Below, piece after piece: positions 54,497 through 64,000 of a stretch of DNA of 64,000 nucleotides. The DNA lies in NCBI GenBank assembly GCA_037447605.1, contig CM074818.1, positions 1,624,617-1,688,616 on the forward strand. The letters run 5' to 3'. The notes under the pieces were generated by a model. It had not been told where the DNA came from, ran no database searches, and saw only the letters and a list, made by a program, of their open reading frames with translations. Each line of letters opens with the position of its first letter. The stretch's first letter is position 1. A program made the translations under genes and the position numbers. This DNA is from Zygnema circumcarinatum SAG 698-1b. Its lineage: Eukaryota; Plantae; Zygnematophyceae.

Positions 54497-55599
54497 ACCA
54501 GCTAGAGGGCACAGTGAAAGAAGGCGAGGAAAATTTGGTGTGCAGGCTGGTGAAAAGCCTGTATGGGCTTAAGCAAGCTCCTCCCATCTGGTACGAGAAG
54601 ATTGACCAGCTCTTGCAGGAGAATGGCTTCACCACGTTTCAGACAGACCATTTAGTTTACCGCAAAGGAGAAGGGGACGAGCTGATGTATGTGGGGATAT
54701 ACGTGGACGACCTCATCATCATTAACCCTTCTATGATTGGAATCCAAGACCTCAAGGATCTCCTCAAGTCTAACTTTCAGATGTCAAACTTAGGAGAGGC
54801 AGAATATCTGTTGGGGATCCAGCTCAAGAGGGGGCAAGAAGGGAGCCTATTTCTCTTGTAGGAGAAATATGCAAAGGACATCCTTCTCAAGTTTGGGATG
54901 CAAGATTCGAGCCCTGTTACCAGTCCCATGGACCCCTCCATCCACCTCACACGTGCGATGTTGCCTAGGACGGAGAAGGAGGCAAAGGAGATGGCTCGGA
55001 TTCCGTACAGGTCCGCGATCGGAAGTCTCATGTACCTGATGGTCGGCAGGCGGCTTGACTTGGCCAAGGCGGTTAGCACGGCCTCAAAGTACATAGAGAA
55101 TCCAAGCTGTACGCATTGGGAGGCGATCAAACGAGTCTTTTTTTATGTGAGAGGTACAGCAAATTTTGGGATCAATTATGAAGGAGGAAGAGCGAACCAA
55201 GTGTACGGATACACAGATGTGGACTTGGGCAGCAATTTTGATACTTCCAAGTCAACCTCAAGATACGCGTTCTTTAACGCGGGCGGCGCAGTGACGTGGA
55301 GCTCTAAGCTCCAAGATACAGTTGCGCTTTCAAGTACAGAGGCTGAGTACATTGCAGCCTGCCACGCGTCCATGTCTGAGAGTGGAGCCAGTGAGAGAGA
55401 CCAAGCTTTAGTTTCCAACAGACTTAATTGTGAAAGGACCCCCTTTGTATAACTTTGTTATAAACTAAACATTATAGTCATCTTAAAAGACTTGCCTTAT
55501 AAACTTCCTTGCCTTGCTTGAGTCTAAGCAATAACCCAAAGTGAGCAATCTTAATAAACCCTATTTTTTTTTTTTTTTTCCTTCATTAAGATATTTTCA

Positions 55600-57303
55600 A
55601 GATAAGATATCGACAACCAATAGTTCATCTACTTGAGATGCAAGGACCAATGCTGCTGAAAAATCGTTTGCAAACAGTCTACTTGTTAATGCTTTGATTG
55701 TCATTGCCCGTTGTGATAACAATGATCCAACTTCAGCAATTGTGGTTACTTCTTGAACTTGAATAAAATCCTGGTCTAAATGGATATCTACAAGTAAAAT
55801 TTTCCCCCCTCGTTCCAAGATTGCTGAAATACGATGCTTACAAGGGAGCCCCTAAGTAGAAGTAAATACTCCACTTCAAGGTTATAGTGTTGTCGCTTTC
55901 ACTGCAGTTTCTCCTTCATTATGCAACTTCTACAAAGCAAACTTTGAAACTAACTCATGCAGCCTTTGCAAATACGGCTTATTGTGATGATGAGCAATCA
56001 AAACCTTATTGGCTTTAATCATTTGCTTGAGCTCGACAAATTGGGTTTGGAACATGAGGTTTAGCCATTGGAAAACCGTAAGCAAATCAAGAGTTAGAAT
56101 TCGGATGTGCCGCTTTAGGAGGTGATGGTTTCACTCCCCGCAAGATCTAAAACTTGTTCCAAGTGCAAGTTCTTGTCAACAAAGCATCTAACGAATTTGT
56201 CTCAGTGCTTTAAGCACCATCTAGACACATAATGAAAGGCACTTGTCTATCCATCTATCGAGCCACGAGAACTCTCCATCGTTGCCCAATTATCATTGAA
56301 AGTTTCTTCTTTACTAGAAAAAACGCACGTATTCTACATTTTCATAAACGTCTCAAACTCACGGTTGTCCTTGAAATGCTTCTTAGTATTTGCAAGCACG
56401 TTCTTATTAACATGCCAAATACATAAAATGTTTACAGTGCTAGGAAAGACTTCTAAGATTGTGTTAATCAATGCTAATTCACGATAAGTGGCAATAAGCT
56501 TGGGCGTTACCACAAAATGGAATGCTTATAAGGCCCAAATATACACATCCTTAGTTTTTTCCCATTAAAACGCAAATCTTGCGTTAAAACTTGAATAAGT
56601 GATAGTAATCTCGACAATATTTAGCAAAGGCATTCCAAATCACTTTGTCTTGTAAGTCGCATCCATTAGAAAGACATTGTTGTATTAATTTGCAAGCTTG
56701 GCTGAGTCTAGTAAAGAATAGACCTCTCATAGCGTCGTCAATCCCAATATTAACTTTAAAGATGAAATTGGAAGCGCTTAGGGTTTCAATTAAGGCCACA
56801 ATGGGGGTTCGACCAGCCAAGAAATCTGTCCTCATTACTACCACCTCATTGTACACTACCTTTTTAGTCATATGCTTGTTTATAAACAAGGATTGGAGGG
56901 TAGACATTATGGATGAAACGGTAGCGCCGTTTCGTGCCATCTCTCGAACACATTCTTTCGTGCGAGTATCCAAGCGCTTGTCCTTGGCGTACCCAATAGA
57001 AATGACGTGATTGTGCTCTTTAACAACGGATTTTACAACCCAAATGTCCTTCTTCTTGGAAAACGTTGCCCTGATCTCAAAAGGGCAAGTTTTCAAGCGG
57101 CTAGAGGTATGTCTCTTCTTGTTACTCCCTTTCTGACCTCTATTCACGTAGGTCCCCCGGCTGAGGCATTGCAAGTGGAGTCGGCCGCTGTCGCTATGCC
57201 TCCTGATCTTGATGTGAACTCCTTCGTGCTTGTAGTGCTCGGTGACGACTTGTACGAGCTCATCGCGTGTCTCATACTCAGTTGGTAGCATTTTTATGGA
57301 CAT
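55600..57303 (-). pseudogene. Mutator-like (MULE) transposase pseudogene
   Basis: FAR1/WRKY-type zinc domain (QC..RGTY...SRLKTCPFEI...W.V....HNH), then after a frameshift FLMDATYKT*FGMPLLNI (first catalytic D), CIWHVNKNVL (CxxH) and SWIM-like GLPCKHRI. Several stops and frameshifts; TIRs not located. Confidence 0.85.
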
Positions 57304-57906
57304 TGCAAACCGAGAAGAGGAGAGAAGAGGAGGGGAGGGCAAGGGNNNNNNNNNNGGGAGGGGAGGGGAGGGGAGCGGCCGGGAGGGGAGGGCGAGGGAG
57401 GACAGGGCAAGGGAGGGGAGGGGAGGGGAGCGGGCGGGAGGGGAGGGCGGGGGAGGACAGGGCAGGGGAGGGTGGGGAGGGGAGGGGAGGGGACGGGAGG
57501 GGCAGGAAAAAGATTTCCTCCCGAAATATTCAAAACAGGGGGGGTAACCAAAACGGGCAGCCAAATTTTTCAAAAGGGGGGGTGCAAAAGCCAAAATGGG
57601 GGACTGCAGTAGAATTATCCAATTATTAGGGTGGAAAATATTAAGGGGGGAAAACTTTCATTAAGGGGGGGTACTGTATGGCTATTGTACTACTCCAAAT
57701 ACTGTGCTACCGTCATGGCAAACACAGGCTATCGTGGTACGCGGTTTTTGTTGGTCGGACCATTGGATCGGCAACCATTGGACAACCACTGAATGGCAAT
57801 GGTTGGACGATCCAATGGCTCGCAACCATTGCAATGGTTGGCAATAACTAGGTGCAACCAATGTTGAATCCAATGGTTGGCAACCATTGCAATGGTTGAT
57901 CCGTTC

Positions 57907-58045
57907 TAGGGCCACATCCGATAGGGCCACAGCCGACAGGGCCACAGCCGAAAGGACCACAGCCAATAGGGCCACATCCAATTGGCCGATAGGGCCGCAA
58001 CTACTAGGGCCACAGCTGATAGGGCCACACAGCCAATAGGGCCGC
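57907..58045. repeat. Tandem ~15-bp repeat TAGGGCCACAGCCGA, probably a transposon subterminal repeat
   Basis: About 9 degenerate copies next to the CAACCATTGG repeat block 57750-57900. Confidence 0.8.
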
Positions 58046-60104
58046 TGCGTACGAACCTCCTAAGCGCACCCCCTAAGGCATAATCCAATCAAACCTGGCC
58101 ACGTCAGCGACTGACTATCTGGCAACCATTGTTGAAGTATGTGCTTTTAACGTCTCCAGAATCAAATTGCAGGTGCAGACGTGCCACGTGGCAAATTGCG
58201 CCGTGGCACCACCCCCTCATTGGCCCGTTCTGTCCAATTTGTTTTGTGTCCCTATGCCCAGAGTCCAAAGTTTCCGGAACCGCAAGGCCACGTGGCAACT
58301 TTTCCCACGTTTCTATCTCTCATTGGCCCATTTTCGTATGTGCCCCCACCGTCGCTAGAATCTCAACCGTGAATTCCAAGGTTAAATGTGGCCTGATACG
58401 TGGCATGTGGTGCCATGCGGCGCACCTCCATTGCTCCATACCCTCCAAATGTATGTGTTCCCACCGCGACCGTGTCCAGCTTGTCCCTACGGTCAAGTGC
58501 AGCCCTGCCACGTGACACATATTGTCACGTGGCATCCCACCATTCGCCCACTTCACTCAAACAAAAAAAATTTGCCTGTGCCCCTTCCGTTCCCTTGTCC
58601 AGCTCGGATCCATGTAGTCCAGTGCGGCATTGAAACGTGTCCATGTCACCATGTGGCAGTTCCCCATTGGCCCGTTTCCTCCCATGCCTGTGTCCCCACC
58701 GCCTTCACTGTCCAGCTCGGACGAGTGCGGTGGCCGCCAGGCGCCGCGCGGCGCCGCCTGAGGGAGGCGGCCGCCGCGCTGCCATGGCCAGGGCGGGGCC
58801 ATGGCGGGGGGAGGGCCATGGACAGGGACAGGGCAGGGGCCATGGCCATGTGCCGGCACAAGGCCTGGGAAGGGGGCTGAAAGGAGAGGGAGCAGGGAGG
58901 GGCAGAAGAGCTTGCAAGAGCTTGGCGGCGAGTCGGAGGGTGTTGCAAGAAGGCTTGCAGAGGTTGGATTTTGGGGACCTTTAGGGTTGTGTGGGGCTGT
59001 GAGAAGGCGGTTTGAGGCGGTTGTAAGGTAGGGGAGGGAGTGTGGAGATGTCTGCGGGAGCAATGGAGCATAATGGAGCGGCTTTTGGGGCCAGGTTCGG
59101 TGCAATATGAAGCATGGAGTTCGTATTTTAAGGTTGATGCTCGAGAGGGTCTGGGAGGGATGCTGTTTTTGACTCGTATGTGCTGACTGGCTACTACTGT
59201 AGCTGACCAGCCTGGTTAAATAAAAAGGCTGACTACAAGCCGTGGTCAGCCCTCTTTCAGGAGCTTATAGGTTTCAAGCTTTGTCAGTTGGCCGGACTGT
59301 CTTGGTGTGTTGGAAGGAAAATTTTGAATGTGAGAAGCTGTAAATGCAGAAGATAAACATTTATTTAGGATAAATACAGAAGATTTACATTCAATATGTA
59401 AGTAGACAGATTCTTTGATAAGTTAAAGGTGAAGCAATTAGGGTACATTGTTGCCTGCACCCGTCCTCGCCTCGCTTTCCAGCGCAAGTGAACCCTAATC
59501 GTGCTTAATCTTCACGTCAAGTTGGAAAACATCCGCAACATCTGGAATCAAGGAATTGGAAGTACTGTATGCTTTATTCTATGATATGCGGAGTATAGTA
59601 GTCTGCAGGCTAAGGTATGCACGTATGTATATACAGCATGTATAGTATATATTGATGGATTGTTTTAAACTGCGGGAAGGAATCACAGTACGCATGTTTA
59701 CTCCCTACAGTGCTTTAAGCAGAAAAGAGAAGCTCATTTCTTCTTTCTCAAAGCGATGGACAGAACGTGGTTGAAAAGTTAATCTGAATTTTGTTACTAC
59801 CTTTTACTGGATTTATCAATTCCCTCAGTGTTTGCCGAAAAAAGGACGAATCCCTAACATATGACCTTTTCCGTGGTGTGCTGCTTTTTCAGGTGTTCAG
59901 CTCAAGAGTATGTCTCCACCACTTCAATCAATTTCATTACCTGCTCTTGCCGGCTTTAACCTATTTGGCGGCGGCAAGCTCTCCGGAAAATGAGCTTTCC
60001 AGACTCCTTGTTAAAAGCTTAATCTAAAAAAGGGTTGTAATTTAAACCTCCATAGATTAGGTCTGCCTGCGGAGTACAGTAGTAGTAATAGCATTTCAGG
60101 CCCT

Positions 60105-60343
60105 ATGGCGTCCGAAACCAAACGACTCATTTACAGCTTTGTGTACCGCAAGAAGAATGTCCTGGTAGAGTGTTCCTCCTCTATGGGCAACTTCCGATCT
60201 GTGGCGCAAATGTGCTTGGAAACTTTGCCGCAAAATAACAACCGATTCAGTCTGTCTCAACAAGGATATACTCTCAACTATCTCCTAGAGGATGGTTTTG
60301 GTAAGAGCCGTCTTGCATATCTCGCCCTCTCTCCCTGTCTCTT

Positions 60344-60439
<96 letters not shown>

Positions 60440-60911
60440 GCGACCACCCTCTCTTTTGCTTCATTGTGACTTTGTTATCTTTGACTGTTTAAGTAATCCC
60501 TCTGTTTTCAAGGTAGACTCGCAAAAGACCCTCTTGAAATCGAGAATTCATAACTTGTCTTCACTCTGCAGTGTTTATGGTATTGTGTGATAAGAGCTTC
60601 CCAAAAGAAGAGGCGTTTGTGTACTTGGAAAACGTAAAGATCGTGTTCATGAAGGAGTACAAAAAGGCGAATACCAAAGAGAAGAAAGCAATTCTTCAAA
60701 CAAACTTCAAGTAAGTTCCCTCTTCAAATTGCTATACCATATGCTAATTCAGTTCTGATTCTTATAGAGTGGAGTTCAGAAACAGATTTTGTTCTATACG
60801 CAGCTTCAGTGGACACAGACTCTTTCTCTGGAGAATTGTACTCGTGATTGGAATTTCCCTCATATGTCTACTCAAATAAGAGTCATCAGTGATGCCAAAA
60901 TGAGACTTCGA

Positions 60912-60961
<50 letters not shown>

Positions 60962-62320
60962 TTCGCTCTTAAAGAGTGACGGGAAATGCTTGACTTCATG
61001 TGTCCGCAGGGAGGGTCTCCTCCTCTGGTTTGCAAGTCAGCTGCTGTGTCTGCTGTGAAGAAAGAATACATTTTGCTTTTGTCATCCCGGCAGAGGCTTG
61101 TGGGTTGCAGGACCACTCTCGAAAAGCTTATGGAGGATGCAGAGATAATGGGCGAGAAAGCGATCCAAGATGCTTTAGCAGACAAGGAGGAGGCGGCATC
61201 AGGACCAACGAAAGCTGTCGAAGGAAGCACCTCACAGGTTTGTTTCACATATTGCTTTTGTCAAGTGCTTCAATAATGGCTAAACCCAGTAGTCTATAGT
61301 TTCTTATCCTTATATACAACTTCTTTGGGTATCAAAATATGAAATTTTTTTATCGACTATACGAGTCGATGAACGTGAACTGACTTCTTACATATACTTA
61401 AAAATCTGTGAAGTGGAGTTGAGATACCCCAGAGAGAGTAGCATTAGCCTTTAGGCATTTGGCACCCTCCTGGCTGCCTGACAAGCTGGCAGAAGTCACC
61501 ATACGGATCTGAAGTGTTTATCGACGAATGCATATTTTTTTTCACTTCTTTGCTGATGAATAGAACATGACGGGTGCTGTAACAGGGAATATGCTGACTC
61601 CATTGCGTCGATTCAGCCCTGCATTTGCATTCAGAAACCCTTTGAGACGTGGGCATCAAGCTAGACCAGTGTTCAGATTCCAGGAAATTCCAGGAAAAGT
61701 TCAAAATTCTTGCATTCTTCTCGAATTCTTGTTAATGCAGTCATTCTGGAGGCGACAAGTTTCCTACACCAAGATTATGACTCTCTTCTGACCAGGGATC
61801 CTGCATCCCCAGACTTTCTGTCTCACATACTTTCTCTCTCTCTCTCTCTCTTTCTCCCTCTCTCTCTCTCCTCCTCTCCTTTCTCTCTCTTGCTCCCACT
61901 CTCTCTCCCCTCTCTCTCTCTCCTACGATAACCACTATGGTCGATCGCCCTGGCCTGGGTATCGGCAGCCGTCAGCATGTTGCTTCCCTCCTTGCCCTTC
62001 CCTTGCACCTCTCTCTTCCAATATTTTCATTCCTCGTCTCATGCCCCTCCTCCTTCCGCGTCTCCTTTCTCTCTTTCCACTATCTTGCACTCCATGTTGC
62101 CTTTCTACAATCATTATTTCTCGTAATTTTATACCTCCTGTACTGTACTTCCTCATCCAAGCTTTCTCCACACTCCACGTCTTCCTTCCAGGACTTCAGT
62201 TTAGCTGAGATACCTTACTGTGCTGTGCTTTGTCTGCCCCACTCTTACTGACTAAGCGCTGCCATAACAGTGCAACACTTCCTCCCTTTCTCATCTGTAC
62301 CCCCTTTCCCCTTCCCCTTC

Positions 62321-62400
<80 letters not shown>

Positions 62401-62893
62401 GTCTGTCTCTCAACCGCCGATCTCCCCATCGCCATGTGACTGGATTGACCGTCGTTTGCGCGTTCTGTGTCTCACTGCTCTCGTGCCAGACGGAGAAGCA
62501 GAAGAAACAGTGGAAGGAGCTCGAGATGAAGGTGGAGAAGGTGCGTTCTCTCTCACACTTGAAGTGTGTGTGTACGCCTCCCTCCCTCCCTCCCTCCCTC
62601 CCTCTCTCAGAAAGTACCTTCTATCACTTACCTTCGCCCTGCAGCTAAGCAGGGAGACATGCTGTCTAAATGCTGAATGTCTCGACCCTTCCTTTCCGCT
62701 TTTTCTGCTTCGTGATCGGCTTCAGGCGAAGGACTTCAAGGAGCGCAGTAAGGAGATTCGCCAGAAGCTTTGGTGGGATCGCTGCGCCGCCCTCCTCATT
62801 TCCATCGTCTTCATCACCATCGCCATCGTCATATGGGTCTCGCTCTGTCACGGCTTCAAATGCAATATCGACTGGCACAGCTTCAAATTCTAA
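60105..62893 (+). CDS. VAMP72-like longin-domain tail-anchored protein with a degenerate R-SNARE motif, about 226 aa
   Basis: Exons 60105-60300, 60572-60710, 61111-61237, 62490-62540 and 62726-62893 join in phase. The N-terminus LIYSFV....VLVE.....[19 protein letters not shown]......TLNYL.EDGF and C-terminus AKDFKE....[18 protein letters not shown] are VAMP72-like. The middle exons are assigned from splice signals and phase only. Confidence 0.8.
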
Positions 62894-64000
62894 ATGGAAG
62901 GAGGGCTTCAGTCGGATAGGAGTAGAGAGAAAGATAGATAGCGAGAGAGAGAGAGAGACAGCGAGATAGGGAGAGACAGGGAGAGAGAGAGAGAGAGATC
63001 TAACTTCGGCCCAAAGAGATCCTTTTCCTTTTCCTTTTCCTTTTCTAGGACTGGTCAAGGTGAGACGCATTATACCATTGATCGCTGCCCCAACGGAACA
63101 TTGTTAGCACTTTCGACAACATTATGTTGTCTGTGTACACAGTCTAGCTTTAGCCTTTTGTAGCCTACGGCTCCACCCTGAGCCCTACTTTTAATCCCCA
63201 CCATTGTTACTTTATACAGCACTTTACTTAGGAAGAAGAGCCAAGTACATAGATAGGGCATATGGCCCTGCAGGCAACGCTTTAAAGGGGAAGAGGATCA
63301 TCATTTTTTTAGGGTTTGTAAGCAAATGTACAGGCTCGTCAAGGAATACATCATTCTTTTTTCGCCTCCCTCCATATGCTGAGGAGGTGTACTCTCTAAG
63401 CAATCAAAGACTGTCCTTGAACCACCGTCTCTATGGATTAGGCAGCTCTCTCTCTTTTGCTCTCTCGCTCTCTCTCTCTCTAACTCTGAAGAACTTAAAG
63501 CAGCTCTTCTGCGTATTGAAAGACTGTCTTTCCCTCCGCCTCCCTCCCTCGCTCCCCCTCTTCCTCTCCAACCCCCACTCGCACTCTCTCACTCTCTCCC
63601 TCTCTCCCTCTCGCTCTCTCTCCGTCCTCAAAAGCAATGCAGACCGACCCAGCGATCCATCCAGGCTTCCCAGAAAGAGAGGCAGCTCGGGAACCTTTAG
63701 GGACCGGGGCCTTTAGGGACTTTCAAACTTCATGTTGTAAGAATGAGGTTTAGCAAACAATGTAGCCAAAATGTGGTCAAAAATTTCGCCGTAGTCTTAA
63801 AAGCAGAAATGTGGCCAAAATTCAAAAGCGTAAAAAAGCGCGGGAACCGGCTCGAACGCGCGGGCCGGGGAACCGCGACGTCGACAGACGTCACAGACGT
63901 CACAGCCTTCAACTGAAACCGACCTATCGGAACACCAGTGCCACTCAACCGATGACACGTGGACCCTAAGTGCCGACAAACGCTCAAGGTGACGGCTGGG

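Larger units (their letters stand above)
47780..55420 (+). mobile_element. Degenerate Ty1/Copia LTR retrotransposon hosting nested insertions
   Basis: The 5' LTR ends ...TTTAGTTTCCAACA at 48625 (start uncertain); PBS TGGTATCAGAGC (tRNA-iMet) at 48627-48638. gag FEGTDFRTWRWRMKYLLESKGL with zinc knuckles CFTCGKPGHLSTEC and FKCGKKGHKSAVC; protease IDLGASKHM; integrase WHLKMGH..CKDC, IHGDLC, FLDDFS, SNGAAERVNRT; RT LVKSLYGLKQAP and YVDDL; RNase H start DTVALSSTEAEYIA. Many stops and frameshifts. A 50-bp 3' LTR remnant lies at 55370-55420. Confidence 0.93.

Noticed and set aside
60300-62420. Sense-strand bias of intronic (CT)n tracts
   Set aside because: Counter-examples exist (purine-rich sense introns in the YrdC gene), and four genes are too few to test it.
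63070-63716. Short ORFs near the window end
   Set aside because: No recognisable homology or splice pattern; low-complexity CT content.

Overview
Eukaryotic nuclear DNA from a streptophyte, probably a green alga: plant-like genes, many short introns and CT microsatellites. The assembly has six 10-N gaps. Four conserved multi-exon genes can be reconstructed in phase: CTR9/VIP6 (5'-truncated, +), a plastid-type YrdC/Sua5 protein (-), an ASHH1/SDG26-type SET methyltransferase (+) and a VAMP72-like longin membrane protein with a degenerate R-SNARE motif (+). The accessory core (19.9-35.8 kb) is a tandem pair of secreted legume (L-type) lectin / hydroxyproline-rich glycoprotein genes built from symmetric phase-1 exons. 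Copy A has one signal-peptide exon, four duplicated lectin exons that vary at the sugar-binding loops, a 4.3-kb AGP-like repeat and a decayed fifth lectin. Copy B appears intact: SP-lectin-SPPP linker-lectin-RRPPP tail. The 47.8-57.3 kb region is a transposon nest: a dead Ty1/Copia element holding three solo LTRs and two copies of a TRIM whose LTRs carry a tRNA-like A/B-box module, then a Mutator transposase pseudogene. There are also hAT-type MITEs, foldback repeats and telomere-like arrays. Gene models are inferred by hand from splice signals, phase and remembered homology; no searches were run.
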